From: Bacteroidia bacterium
GTDB lineage: Bacteria > Bacteroidota > Bacteroidia > NS11-12g > UBA9320
DNA: 64,000 nt
NCBI GenBank assembly: GCA_965216465.1
Contig: CBDCFW010000005.1
Location: 690,816-754,815, forward strand
Reading direction: 5' to 3'
Below, piece after piece: positions 1 through 10,543 of the stretch. A program made the position numbers and the translations under genes. Each line of letters starts with the position of its first letter. Within the stretch, counting starts at the first letter, position 1. The notes below the pieces were generated by a model. It was not told the origin of the DNA. It saw nothing but the letters and a program-made list of their open reading frames with translations, and ran no database searches.

Positions 1-1
1 G

Positions 2-1669
2 GAAAACAGTGAGGTAATTCTTCATATTTATGTGCAAGAGTATTGGTACAAATCGGGATTAGCTTATTTAAGCTACGGGCTAATCTTAAGTCTGCTAGTT
101 TGGCTTGGCTATCGATTCAATCTGAGAAGACATAAAGAACGAAATGAAGCCGAAAATCTTAGAAAACTTGATGAGTTCAAGAGTGAATTTTTTACAAATA
201 TCACGCATGAGTTTAGAACTCCTCTAACCGTTATATTAGGTGCAGCAGGTGAGTTGAACCAAGGAAGCAATGAACAATCGGTGATCCAAAGAAATGGCAA
301 ACGTCTTCTAAATTTGATTAATGAGATTCTCAACTTGTCTAAACTTGAATCGGGAAAATTGAAACTATTACTAGTGCAAATTGACATCGTTTCTTACCTC
401 AAGCATCATGTAAACCTGTATCACTCGTTCGCTGCAACAAAGGGGCAAAGTATTGAATTCAAATCGAATTTATCGGAGTTTTATGTCGACGTAGATCAGT
501 CTAAGTTACAAACAGTATTGGAGAATTTAATATCAAATGCAGTGAAGTTTGGCCCTAGAGATTCAACAATTAGAGTAGAATTGACTTGCAGTTCAGATGA
601 AGTACGCATTGATGTCAGTGATGAAGGTCCAGGAATTGAAGAAAAAGACATTGATCGAATCTTCGACAAATTTTACCAGGCGAATACAGGGCAGATGGAC
701 CTTGGCAGTGGAATTGGACTTGCAACCTGTGCTCAGCTTATGAAATTGATGAAAGGAGACATTGCTTATACCGACAAAGACAGAGGTAGCACTTTCTCAA
801 TTTACTTCCCTGCTGTGCACGAAGCAACAATTGCTGACTGGCAAACGACATCCGATTTCAATTTTCTGGGAAGTCATTCTGAGGTTGAAAGTGAAGAAGA
901 AAACAATACAAGATTTGAGCATACTGTCTTGGTGGTTGAAGATTCTGAAGACATTTTAAACTATGTAGTTCGATGTTTAAAAGGCTTTTATAATGTGGAG
1001 ACAGCGGTAAATGGAGAACTGGGTGTCGCCAAGGCCGCTGAAATTGTTCCCGACATAATAATAAGTGATGTAATGATGCCAATAAAAGACGGATATCAAT
1101 TATGCGCAGAAGTAAAAGCCAACATTGGCACTTCTCATATCCCAGTGGTTATGTTAACAGCAAAAACTGATTTTGAGTCGAAGATGAAGGGTTTACATGA
1201 AGGTGCAGATGCCTATTTGAGTAAACCATTCGAAAAAGACGAATTACTGCTCACACTTAAGAACCTAATCGATCACAGAACCAGACTACAGCAATTTTAT
1301 ACCAGTAATGTTGAAGTTCAAGCGCCGAAGAAAGAAAAAGAACATCAGTTTATACTTCAAGTAAAGCAGGCTCTTTTCGAGAACCTGGATAATGAAGACC
1401 TTAGCATAAACCAATTGTGCGAAGAGCTTCATGTGAGTCGAATGCAACTGCATCGAAAACTAAAAGCGTTATGTGGTATGTCAACAACCGAATTTGTGCA
1501 ACATTATAAAATTGAAGCCGCGGTCGAGTTGCTTGAGCAAGAAGAACTCAACATTTCCGAGGTATCGTATCGGGTGGGCTATTCAGACCCATCGTATTTC
1601 ACTCGTGTTTTTACTAAAATTAAAGGAATATCGCCTACAGAATTCAGGAAATCAGCACAAAAACAATAG
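2..1669 (+). CDS. Hybrid two-component sensor (TM-HisKA-HATPase-REC-AraC), 5'-truncated by window edge
   Basis: Frame is open to the window start; H-box NITHEFRTPL, G-box GSGIGL, REC DVMMP, AraC HTH at C-terminus. Confidence 0.92.
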   Translation, partial: ENSEVILHIYVQEYWYKSGLAYLSYGLILSLLVWLGYRFNLRRHKERNEAENLRKLDEFKSEFFTNITHEFRTPLTVILGAAGELNQGSNEQSVIQRNGKRLLNLINEILNLSKLESGKLKLLLVQIDIVSYLKHHVNLYHSFAATKGQSIEFKSNLSEFYVDVDQSKLQTVLENLISNAVKFGPRDSTIRVELTCSSDEVRIDVSDEGPGIEEKDIDRIFDKFYQANTGQMDLGSGIGLATCAQLMKLMKGDIAYTDKDRGSTFSIYFPAVHEATIADWQTTSDFNFLGSHSEVESEEENNTRFEHTVLVVEDSEDILNYVVRCLKGFYNVETAVNGELGVAKAAEIVPDIIISDVMMPIKDGYQLCAEVKANIGTSHIPVVMLTAKTDFESKMKGLHEGADAYLSKPFEKDELLLTLKNLIDHRTRLQQFYTSNVEVQAPKKEKEHQFILQVKQALFENLDNEDLSINQLCEELHVSRMQLHRKLKALCGMSTTEFVQHYKIEAAVELLEQEELNISEVSYRVGYSDPSYFTRVFTKIKGISPTEFRKSAQKQ

Positions 1670-1704
1670 TGTAACCTTCTGATTATATGGAATTTATTAG
1701 GCAT

Positions 1705-1769
1705 GTTACAATAATCCAATCATCAGATACAATGTTAAAAGTATAACATGCTAAGATTAAGGTCCTTTG
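1705..1769 (+). promoter_or_regulatory. Putative hybrid-TCS (AraC) direct-repeat operator upstream of a -7-like box
   Basis: GTTACAAT (1705) and GATACAAT (1726), 21 bp period, ahead of CCTTTG just before the next gene. Confidence 0.45.
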
Positions 1770-1773
1770 AAGT

Positions 1774-3198
1774 ATGAAAAAATTCTTATACATCATTGCA
1801 CTGGTATTATTTACCCTTTCGTACACGTCAAGCACCGCTCAAATTAGCAGCGGTTTAGAATTCAAATTGCAAAAGCTCATGGACGACGCTGCTGAAGCCG
1901 GGAACGATGGCTTAGGAGCAGCAATTATATTTCCTGACGGCTGTACATGGGAATCGACCAGCGGAAATGCATTCCCTAACCAGGAAGTTTCTCCTTCTCT
2001 CAGATGGGATTTTGCTAGCAACGCTAAGATGATGACAGCGGTTGTGTTGCTTCAAATGCATGAAGAAGGCAAATTGAGCATTTATGATTCAATAGGAACT
2101 TACATTAATTCGCTTGATTATCAATATTTAGACGGATCTCAAACGTTGCATCAATTTATGACTCACACTACGAATGTAACTAACTCGTATACCCCAGACC
2201 CAAGGTCTGCTCTTTGGGACAGCATCTGGGCAGATCGCTCAAAAATTTGGGACCCCGCTGAATCGATTAAAGCACCTTTCGCTCAACCGACAACTCCTAA
2301 TCCTAATCGAGTGCATCGTTATATTGGACATAATAACTACATTTTTCTTGGCGAAGTAATTAAGGCAGTTAGCAGCAATACACTTCAGGATGAATTCGAC
2401 GAACGTCTTTTTACACCATTTGGACTTAGTAGAACGAGCTTGGCAACAAATGGGTTTAGCATGGACTCCCTGAACGGCGTGTACAACGACAATAATTCAG
2501 TTGGTGGCTGGAATCACAATTCGTATCTTAGCTCAAAAGGGGCTTCCGGTGCTTTAATATCTTCACCAATGGATATTGCTCAATTCCTATGGGCCTTGCA
2601 TCATGGTGACATCATTTCAGATTCTAGTCTAGCAATAATGACAACGATTACGCCAGGAGCACCAACCTATGCACCTGGAATGTGCTTATCATACCTTGCT
2701 TCATACTATGGTGCCGGCTCTAATGTTTTGTTTGCCTCTAAACAAAATTCGAATGACACGATAATAGCTTATGGTCATGGCGGGATTGGACTTGGCGTAG
2801 CTTCATCATTTTACATCAAAAGTCTTGATCTATCTTTTGTATTAATCAATAATGATTTTAAGTCACTAGGCCGAAGTACAAAGTTGTATACCGATATGAT
2901 TTGCTTGCTAATGGAAGAGATTGAAAATGACCCATGTGGCTTAGCTAGTATAGAACAAGTTGCTCTAAGCATAGGCATCAGTCCAAATCCTGGAACAACG
3001 CAAATCAGCATCAACTTGCCACAAACAATAAACTCAGGAACGATTGAAGTTTATAATACTACAGGAGTTCAAATTCATTCGGCGAATATTTCGCGTAGCC
3101 AAGTTGAGTTTGACATGGTTGAGGCAGCAACCGGCACTTATTACATTAGAATTTCATCGCCTAATGAACAAATAATCAAACGCTGGATTAAACTCTAG
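1774..3198 (+). CDS. Serine hydrolase (beta-lactamase/PBP-like) with T9SS C-terminal sorting domain
   Basis: Signal peptide, SxxK motif (ASNAK), GHGG, C-terminal SPNP...GTYYIRI...KRWIKL. Confidence 0.85.
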   Translation: MKKFLYIIALVLFTLSYTSSTAQISSGLEFKLQKLMDDAAEAGNDGLGAAIIFPDGCTWESTSGNAFPNQEVSPSLRWDFASNAKMMTAVVLLQMHEEGKLSIYDSIGTYINSLDYQYLDGSQTLHQFMTHTTNVTNSYTPDPRSALWDSIWADRSKIWDPAESIKAPFAQPTTPNPNRVHRYIGHNNYIFLGEVIKAVSSNTLQDEFDERLFTPFGLSRTSLATNGFSMDSLNGVYNDNNSVGGWNHNSYLSSKGASGALISSPMDIAQFLWALHHGDIISDSSLAIMTTITPGAPTYAPGMCLSYLASYYGAGSNVLFASKQNSNDTIIAYGHGGIGLGVASSFYIKSLDLSFVLINNDFKSLGRSTKLYTDMICLLMEEIENDPCGLASIEQVALSIGISPNPGTTQISINLPQTINSGTIEVYNTTGVQIHSANISRSQVEFDMVEAATGTYYIRISSPNEQIIKRWIKL

Positions 3199-3209
3199 CA
3201 TGTAAAGTT

Positions 3210-3247
3210 TAGTTCCTGTTTAGAAAATTTGATCTGAACAGGAACTA
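3210..3247. terminator. Hairpin / possible terminator
   Basis: TAGTTCCTGTT...AACAGGAACTA inverted repeat after the stop codon. Confidence 0.45.
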
Positions 3248-3270
3248 ACTTATTTACTATTATTGTGCTG

Positions 3271-3489
3271 ATGAAGCCAGCAGAATTACGAAGCAAAATC
3301 TGGAAATTAAGATACAATGGACTAAAAGATTATTTGGCCTACTTAAAAGACCAACATAACAATCATACCGAAGGAGATCTCAAAAAAGATTATAGAGACT
3401 ATATTGAAATGGAGATAGAGCGAACCGAACGCTTTATGAACAAAGCCGAGTCGAAGATCAAATCATATAATCCGACGACTTTCAAATAG
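3271..3489 (+). CDS. Small helical hypothetical protein
   Basis: 72-aa charged ORF filling the gap between genes. Confidence 0.55.
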   Translation: MKPAELRSKIWKLRYNGLKDYLAYLKDQHNNHTEGDLKKDYRDYIEMEIERTERFMNKAESKIKSYNPTTFK

Positions 3490-3496
3490 GTAATCT

Positions 3497-4213
3497 TTAA
3501 GCTTCCCTATTATATATAACTGGCAATTCTCCTTTCCATTTTTGCCAAGAATCTTCACCCTTCAATAAATCAGCCATAAAATGTGCTACATTAATGCGGC
3601 TAGTTTTTCCCGCATTAAATATTGGATCTCGAGTAGGAGAATAGTGTACATCATAGGCTGACACCTCATTTTTATCAACCAATCCATCAGGCCGTACTAT
3701 CGCCCAATCAATATTAGGATGCTCTGCACCGATCGTATATTGCAAATATTCTGCAGCCTGCTCATTGTCTGTATGAGGTGGGAGTATCAACCTCAGTAAC
3801 CCAACTACCAGTTTATGACCAAAGTTTACCTTCTCATTCCGTTTTTTATTGCGGTTTCCACTTGTATTCATCAAAACAAAACGCGTAGTTAAATTTTGGT
3901 CTGCATTGGTGCAAAGCTTAATTACTGCATCGCGAACCAACTTTCTCGGTTTACCATATACCCCTTTAAAACTCAAATTATGTCCAAGGCAAACACCTAT
4001 AGCCTCACAACCGGTCAAGCAATCTTTGAGGTCAGTATCGCTCATTTCAAGCAAGCTGGCTTGAATCGTTTTAAGATTTGTATGTGCCCGTAAGTCGTCA
4101 GGAATTCTATCTTTCGATCGAGCAACAGTTACCACTTGGTGTCCTGAATCAAGCAATTGTCTTAACAAAAGTGAACCGGTTGCACCTGTAGAGCCTGCAA
4201 GAAATACTTTCAT
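3497..4213 (-). CDS. NAD(P)H-binding atypical SDR (flavin/biliverdin reductase B-like)
   Basis: GSTGATG Rossmann motif, WAIVRP, ISRxxVA-like TSRINVA. Confidence 0.85.
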   Translation of the reverse strand: MKVFLAGSTGATGSLLLRQLLDSGHQVVTVARSKDRIPDDLRAHTNLKTIQASLLEMSDTDLKDCLTGCEAIGVCLGHNLSFKGVYGKPRKLVRDAVIKLCTNADQNLTTRFVLMNTSGNRNKKRNEKVNFGHKLVVGLLRLILPPHTDNEQAAEYLQYTIGAEHPNIDWAIVRPDGLVDKNEVSAYDVHYSPTRDPIFNAGKTSRINVAHFMADLLKGEDSWQKWKGELPVIYNREA

Positions 4214-4317
4214 AGGGGCAAGCTAATGCCAAATAAAAATCTAAAGCTAGAATATCGACGGTACCATCTTATTGATCGTTGGATTAATTCAGATCGAGTA
4301 TATTTGGAAGACTAGCC

Positions 4318-5940
4318 TTGAGTCGACCAAATCAAATAAACCTAAAACTATCTCACGACGCACTTCATTGGGGAGTAGATACATTCCGTAATAAAATGAC
4401 GGAGCAATATGATAGACTCAAACTCTACTTAGTTAATCAAATTGGAGATCCGTCTTATACAATCCCAGAGTCAACCAGCATCAGCATAGTTGACAGGGAA
4501 AGCTTTGCTGAGTCTGTGGCAAAAAAACTAAAATCGACTTCGTTTGAGGGAGAAATTTCGACGAACATCTTGGAGCGATTCCTGGCTAGCAAAGGTCAAT
4601 CCTACGTTGACCTTATCGAACTTTACCATCCCAATTCAAAAGCTGTACAAATTCCCGATATCGTGGCTACACCAAAGACTGGTCAAGACCTACAACTGCT
4701 CTTAAAATTTTGCCACAAAAACAACATAGTATTGACACCTTTGGGCGGTGCTACCAATGTTGTTAATGCATTCAGTAAAGGAGATGAAAACCGAGAATGG
4801 TTAGTAGCGAACCTATCTAAGCTCAACAAGTTAATCTCGATTGATCAAGAAAATGGTTTGGTCATCTTACAAGCGGGAATTACAGGATCAAATATCATCA
4901 ACTTACTAAATCCATTGGGTTATACAATTGGTCATTACCCCCAGTCGATAATGCATTCAACCCTAGGCGGTTGGCTAAGTACACTAAGTAGCGGACAGGA
5001 GTCAAACTTTTATGGTTCAATTTCAACCATATGCACAGGCTTGAAAGTGCTAACGCCATCAGGTATTCTTCAGTTCAGTCACCGTGAGACAAGCGCTGAA
5101 GGACCCGATTTAAAAACGATGTTTTTAGGTGCTGAAGGAACACTTGGAATAATTGAAGAGGCAACACTTAAGATACACAAAAACAGAGGTTCAACAAGAT
5201 GGATTGAAGCCATATTCCCTGATTTCAAATCCGGAATTGAAGCGGTTAAGCTTTTAAAAGAAGAACATCTTACTCCCGACATTTTCAGGCTACAAGATTT
5301 AAATGAAGTAGTCTTGTACAATAGCTTAGAACAAGAGAAACGTTCAGAACATGTAAAAGCTAAGTTATGCTATTTCGGTAAAAGTGAAATTTTAACTGCA
5401 AAACACCAGCTGGTAAGCAAATGTCTGAAAGAATTGGCATCGTCTGTAACCACCGTGGATGTTGAAAGCACTTGGCAACAAAGCCGATTTGCGTTACCCT
5501 ATCTTCGTGATTTCCTTTTAGAGGATGGCTATTTCATTGAAACTTTCGAATGCGAAGTTCTTTTTACCAAATGTGCTTATCTGCACGAATCCATTCATAA
5601 TCAATGCCAGGATTATTGGCAAAAACACAATGAAAAAGGAATTGTTCTTTGTCACGTCTCCCACATTCATCACACAACATGTGGAATATATTTTACCGTA
5701 ATTTCATTGCGTAACACAAATTCACCACGGGAACAATGGAAAGCAATTAGCGATATTTTTCTAGCAGCGTTTGACTTTTACGGAACATCGATTACACACC
5801 ATCACTCACTAGGAAACCGGCACAAAGAGATGTACCTTAAGAGAATGGGAACTGTGCAGTATAATTTGTTATATCAGATAAAAGAGCAACTAGACCCAAA
5901 CAACATTTTGAACCCTGGGCTTCTAAATAAAGAAGAATGA
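4318..5940 (+). CDS. FAD-binding oxidase, alkyl-DHAP synthase (AGPS)-like
   Basis: PLGGATNV, GHYPQS, STLGGW, GAEGTLG, CHVSH, THHH, LDPNNILNPG. Confidence 0.8.
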   Translation: MSRPNQINLKLSHDALHWGVDTFRNKMTEQYDRLKLYLVNQIGDPSYTIPESTSISIVDRESFAESVAKKLKSTSFEGEISTNILERFLASKGQSYVDLIELYHPNSKAVQIPDIVATPKTGQDLQLLLKFCHKNNIVLTPLGGATNVVNAFSKGDENREWLVANLSKLNKLISIDQENGLVILQAGITGSNIINLLNPLGYTIGHYPQSIMHSTLGGWLSTLSSGQESNFYGSISTICTGLKVLTPSGILQFSHRETSAEGPDLKTMFLGAEGTLGIIEEATLKIHKNRGSTRWIEAIFPDFKSGIEAVKLLKEEHLTPDIFRLQDLNEVVLYNSLEQEKRSEHVKAKLCYFGKSEILTAKHQLVSKCLKELASSVTTVDVESTWQQSRFALPYLRDFLLEDGYFIETFECEVLFTKCAYLHESIHNQCQDYWQKHNEKGIVLCHVSHIHHTTCGIYFTVISLRNTNSPREQWKAISDIFLAAFDFYGTSITHHHSLGNRHKEMYLKRMGTVQYNLLYQIKEQLDPNNILNPGLLNKEE

Positions 5941-7433
5941 GCACTTTACGAAAACAAGAATTAATTGATGCTCAAAAAAACACGTTTGACATACTTATAA
6001 TTGGTGGAGGAATAACTGGCGCTGGGGTTTTGCTCGAAAGTTGTAGATTGGGGCACTCAAGCTTTCTGGTTGAAATGAGCGATTTTTCAGCAGGGTCGAG
6101 CAGCAGGTCTTCGCGCATGATTCATGGTGGTGTGCGCTATCTTAAGTATGGAAGAATAAGTGCTGTGCTTAAATCACTAAGAGATCGATCTGAAGTTAAA
6201 GCAACTTTTCCAAACATTGTAAAGTTGCAACCGATTCTAATGTGTGTTTATCACTCGCCAATCAGGCTAACATTGCTTCATTTGTTCATAAGCATATATA
6301 CCTGGTTAAGTCCAAAGAAAGACAGGTTCATCGCCAAAAAGTTAGCTACTAATGAAGTTTTAGACCTTCACCCTAATTTGGAGCGACAAAATTTGGTCGG
6401 AGGTGTTCTATATCGCGATGGTTTAGCCAATGATACAGATTTAGTTATGGCTACATTATTGAAAGCTCAAAACCACGGTGCACAATTCTTCAATTATCTA
6501 GAAGCACAAGAATTTAGGCATGAGGATCAGCACATATTTGTTAGCTGCCAAGATCATGAAACAGGCAACGTTCTAAATTTTAAAACCAAATGCATCATTA
6601 ACGCTACTGGTGTTTGGACCGACCTTTCATTAAAGAAATTTGGATTGGGTTCTACACCCATATTGCAGCCAAGTAAAGGCACACATGTCTTAGTTTCAAA
6701 GAACATAATTGACCTTAAATCAAGCTTGATATTTAAAGACAATAAGGCTCAAAGGTATCTTTATGCTTTTAGTTGGAATGAAGATTTAAGTGCGATTGGT
6801 ACGACAGACCAGCTCCATGAAGATGAAAAAAACCGAGTGATAGGAAGCAAAGAAGAGGTAGATTATATTCTTGATAGTTATAATGCCTTAACTAAAAACA
6901 ATTTATCCGTCTCTGATATTGTGGCTATTTATGCAGGACTTCGTCCTCTCTTAAATCAAAACAGCAAAAACCCTATTTCTGCATCCAGAGATTACAAAGT
7001 CTGGTCGCCCAAAGAGCGAGTAACCTTTATAGCTGGAGGAAAACTAACCTCTTTCTTAAGAATGGCTAGAACTTGTTTAAGTAAAGCTAGGTCAAATGGT
7101 TGGATATCGCCATCAAATCAGTCGACTCAAAGCGAAAAAATTCAATGGGAAATTGTTCGAGATGAATTGATTCTGTCCAAGTGCTCGGAAGAAAGTATTA
7201 AATCACATTGGCAAGCACTTAAGCTATGCCATCTTGAAGATCTATTTACGCACCGAACTGATATCACTTATCAAATGACAACATATGACAGCAAATATGT
7301 TGACAGTATAATACAGCTTATTGCAGAAATGAACAACAATAGTGTGGAATGGATTGAAAAAGAAAAGCTTCGCTACAAAAATCATTGGCAACAATTTCAT
7401 CCTTCCTTTTTACACAAAAATTTATCAATATGA
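5937..7433 (+). CDS. glpD: FAD-dependent glycerol-3-phosphate dehydrogenase/oxidase
   Basis: GGGITG, SSRSSRMIHGGVRYL, GTTD, AGLRPL, GGKLT; ATGA overlap with the upstream gene. Confidence 0.88.
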   Translation: MSTLRKQELIDAQKNTFDILIIGGGITGAGVLLESCRLGHSSFLVEMSDFSAGSSSRSSRMIHGGVRYLKYGRISAVLKSLRDRSEVKATFPNIVKLQPILMCVYHSPIRLTLLHLFISIYTWLSPKKDRFIAKKLATNEVLDLHPNLERQNLVGGVLYRDGLANDTDLVMATLLKAQNHGAQFFNYLEAQEFRHEDQHIFVSCQDHETGNVLNFKTKCIINATGVWTDLSLKKFGLGSTPILQPSKGTHVLVSKNIIDLKSSLIFKDNKAQRYLYAFSWNEDLSAIGTTDQLHEDEKNRVIGSKEEVDYILDSYNALTKNNLSVSDIVAIYAGLRPLLNQNSKNPISASRDYKVWSPKERVTFIAGGKLTSFLRMARTCLSKARSNGWISPSNQSTQSEKIQWEIVRDELILSKCSEESIKSHWQALKLCHLEDLFTHRTDITYQMTTYDSKYVDSIIQLIAEMNNNSVEWIEKEKLRYKNHWQQFHPSFLHKNLSI

Positions 7434-8353
7434 AAAAGGTCTCGTTTATAATTCATGGAAATATTAACTCAAAAAGTCGAATAGAAGCGACTATAAGAGA
7501 AAACTGCTCAGGTCACTCGATTAAATATGATATTTACTATACCGAACATGAAAATCATGGCACAACCCTAGCATCTCAAGAATCAAAAAAGGGGGTTGAC
7601 GCTATTGTTTCAGTTGGTGGAGATGGTAGTTTAAATGACGTGATGAACGGCATTATGTTGGCACATGAGGAAGTTGGTTTGCTCGAGCTGCCTATACTTG
7701 CCTGTTGGCCAAAAGGATCTGGAAACGACTTTGTTCGTTCGGCAAAAACACCAAACAAATTAACTGAAATCTTAAACTTAATCAACCAACATGCAACTCA
7801 GAATATTGATGTTAAGCGGCTAAGCTTCACCAATCGTAAAGGGGAAGATGAAAAAAGATGGTCGATGAACATAACTGACATAGGTATGGGAGGTAAAGTA
7901 GTTGAACGCATGAATAAATATCCTCGATGGTTACCTTCTAAATTAAGGTATCAAATGGCCATATTTACTACGCTACTGACCTATAAACATCAAAAGGTGA
8001 CTATTGAATCTGATGTGATTAACGAAGAAGCCGAAATTATGAACATTGCAATCTGCAACGGTCAATACTTCGGAGCAGGTTTGTGCATAGCCCCAGATGC
8101 AAAGCTGAACGATGGGATTCTAAATCTTGTGGTCATTAAGAAAATAGGTGTTTTAGACTACATAAAAGAGCTAGGAAATCTCAAGAAAAGCATTAAACTA
8201 GACCACCCAGAAGTAAGTTTCCACGAGATCAGAAAGCTTACGTTAAATCCCAAATTGCCTTTGCCAATTGATATGGATGGCGAATTTATTGGATACACTC
8301 CACTTACAGTAGAGGTGGAAGAGCAAAAAATAAAATTTCTTTCGTCAAGGTGA
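7430..8353 (+). CDS. Diacylglycerol/lipid kinase family (YegS/DAGK)
   Basis: GGDGS, GSGNDF, NGQYFGAG, DGE; ATG at 7430 overlaps the glpD stop (ATGA). Confidence 0.9.
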   Translation: MKKVSFIIHGNINSKSRIEATIRENCSGHSIKYDIYYTEHENHGTTLASQESKKGVDAIVSVGGDGSLNDVMNGIMLAHEEVGLLELPILACWPKGSGNDFVRSAKTPNKLTEILNLINQHATQNIDVKRLSFTNRKGEDEKRWSMNITDIGMGGKVVERMNKYPRWLPSKLRYQMAIFTTLLTYKHQKVTIESDVINEEAEIMNIAICNGQYFGAGLCIAPDAKLNDGILNLVVIKKIGVLDYIKELGNLKKSIKLDHPEVSFHEIRKLTLNPKLPLPIDMDGEFIGYTPLTVEVEEQKIKFLSSR

Positions 8354-8388
8354 CCTTTCAAACTTATAATTTCAATGCAATTAGAACG

Positions 8389-8766
8389 CTATGCCACAAC
8401 GTAAAAGAGAGACGTTCCTACCACTCCAAACAAAACCGCAAACAATATCATCCTTCGTGCTTTGGCCATATCTTTTTTGTGCATTTCATTCAACTCGACA
8501 GAAGATGTCGTTCCTACATCTCCAAAATTAAAAATACCCTTCATTCCAAAGTAAACACAAAACTTGTTATACCATTGTTGTATTCCAATACCAAATGCGG
8601 ATAATGGAACAACTAATAGCAATCTCCATAATTTATCGGCTCCTGTAACCAACAAAACGGTTGCTAGAATAATTGAAATACTGGCCATTAAAACAGCGTT
8701 GTTTCTCCTAACTTTAATTTCATCTCGTCCAATATTGCAAGTTCCTGGAATGTAGTTCGGTTCCAT
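8389..8766 (-). CDS. Small membrane protein
   Basis: About 3 hydrophobic segments; N-terminal PGTCNIG; upstream ECF-like GAAC...CGTT. Confidence 0.7.
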   Translation of the reverse strand: MEPNYIPGTCNIGRDEIKVRRNNAVLMASISIILATVLLVTGADKLWRLLLVVPLSAFGIGIQQWYNKFCVYFGMKGIFNFGDVGTTSSVELNEMHKKDMAKARRMILFAVLFGVVGTSLFYVVA

Positions 8767-8922
8767 ATGTTTATCTATAACGTTCGGCTCTTAATTTGGT
8801 TCGTAAAGATAGTCAGTCGGAACCAATCAGCAACCCTCAACTTGCACCACTTATAAGCCTTACAATAACAATGATCTCCTTTTTTTTCGCTATACTTGAG
8901 AACACCAACTTAATTATTAATC

Positions 8923-9348
8923 ATGGAAATAACAATCAATTACATGGCAGTGGGGATTGCCGTAATCGCTAATTTTATCCTAGGATGGCTATGGTATGGA
9001 CCTCTTTTTGGAAAGGCTTGGGCCGGAGAAATGGGAATGGACATTAACGAAAAACCAGCTACTGGCGAGATGGCCAAGGGCATGATTTTTATGGTTATTG
9101 GGAACTTTTTAATGGCCTATGTGCTAGCACATAACATTTTCGTTTGGGGATTGGTAGATGGTATGGAAGAAAATTCAGCTGTTACTGTTTCATTAATGAC
9201 CGCATTTTTTACCTGGCTAGGATTCTACGTGCCAACGCATTTAGGTGCTACCACGTGGGAGAAAAAATCATGGAAATTAACCATCATTAATCTAGCTTAT
9301 CACTTTGCAACACTGTTCGTTGCGGCAATGATCATCACATCGATGTAA
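8923..9348 (+). CDS. DUF1761-like membrane protein
   Basis: LGWLWYGPLFGKAW motif, 4 TM segments. Confidence 0.8.
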   Translation: MEITINYMAVGIAVIANFILGWLWYGPLFGKAWAGEMGMDINEKPATGEMAKGMIFMVIGNFLMAYVLAHNIFVWGLVDGMEENSAVTVSLMTAFFTWLGFYVPTHLGATTWEKKSWKLTIINLAYHFATLFVAAMIITSM

Positions 9349-9354
9349 GATCTA

Positions 9355-9391
9355 AAAGAGGAATCTGGTTCAAAATCAGATTCCTTTTTTT
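9355..9391 (+). terminator. Rho-independent terminator
   Basis: GGAATCTG...CAGATTCC followed by a T tract. Confidence 0.8.
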
Positions 9392-9713
9392 AATTCGTTC
9401 AGTTCTCGGTAAGATTTATACACAAAGCAAGGTTCGAATTCTGCTTTGCCAAGAGCCTAAAGTAGTGGCTAATCGCACGCGTAGGTTATATAAACATTTT
9501 TACTTAGGCCTAGTATACATTTAGGGTATTTTTCGGAAGTATAGTCATTTGTCTAACTTCTGCTTGGATTGTCATCTTCAGCTTCAATCATGTTCTTCTA
9601 AGCCTAAAAAAACAAGGTATTCTAAGATTGAGCCAAATTTCCAAACAAGTGGTCTTTTTTCACAAATTCAAGCTGTATTGTACTTCTACGTTTGCAGTAT
9701 AAATTATAACACA

Positions 9714-10055
9714 ATGAGTAAAAAAAATAAACCAGCACAGTTACGCGTAATCTTCATCTTAAACGCATTAATGATGATTCTACCCTTTGTCTTTTATTCT
9801 GTAATCACCTCAAAAGAAATCACACTTGGTGGCTTAGACCCCATGTGGATGATTTACACTGGTATTGCCTACATTGTTAGTTTTGCCTTGTTAGTCTATT
9901 CAATTTTGAATGCAAAACTGATGCTTTTTAGAGCATTATTTGTGGTTAACATACTTATTGCTATCCCGGCCAAAGCTTGGATTGGAGTGGGTGTTGCGGT
10001 TATTTCAATGGCATTGTCATTTCATAATAAAGTAGTAGGTTACTTTAGTAAGTAG
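9714..10055 (+). CDS. Small membrane protein
   Basis: Hydrophobic 113 aa from ATG 9714; the upstream TTG extension is unlikely. Confidence 0.7.
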   Translation: MSKKNKPAQLRVIFILNALMMILPFVFYSVITSKEITLGGLDPMWMIYTGIAYIVSFALLVYSILNAKLMLFRALFVVNILIAIPAKAWIGVGVAVISMALSFHNKVVGYFSK

Positions 10056-10116
10056 TGATGTAAGAGCTTAGTAATTCTTCCTTGCATTACTTATCTGTTT
10101 TCGCTAACTTGGCAAG

Positions 10117-10521
10117 ATGAAAAATCTAGCATACCTATCTTTTCTGATAATCTTTATTACTGCCTGTGGTGACAAGACTACTACCACACCTGAAGCTGAA
10201 AAAGAAACTCCTAAAGGCAATCTAATTGAGTTTGTTGTAGACTCTGAAGTGGCGTGCGAAGTCCACATGATTGTAAATAGACCAGGCGATTCTGAGTTGT
10301 ATTATGAAACGGCAGATTCTCCAGGAGATTTTAGAGACAGCACCCATATTGAGCTGCAAGACATGGACGAGATCACGTTAATAGCAGGTCCTTCTAAGGT
10401 GGATGGTAATTATCATATGATAAAAAACTTTATTTACATAGATGGATCAAAAGAGAAGGAAGTTTGGTTAAACTGCAATGGCAACTTGAAGAACAATATA
10501 ACCTTTGTCTACCGCGAGTAA
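10117..10521 (+). CDS. Hypothetical lipoprotein
   Basis: Lipobox FITAC. Confidence 0.7.
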   Translation: MKNLAYLSFLIIFITACGDKTTTTPEAEKETPKGNLIEFVVDSEVACEVHMIVNRPGDSELYYETADSPGDFRDSTHIELQDMDEITLIAGPSKVDGNYHMIKNFIYIDGSKEKEVWLNCNGNLKNNITFVYRE

Positions 10522-10543
10522 GCCATCTTGCAAACCCTTCTCA

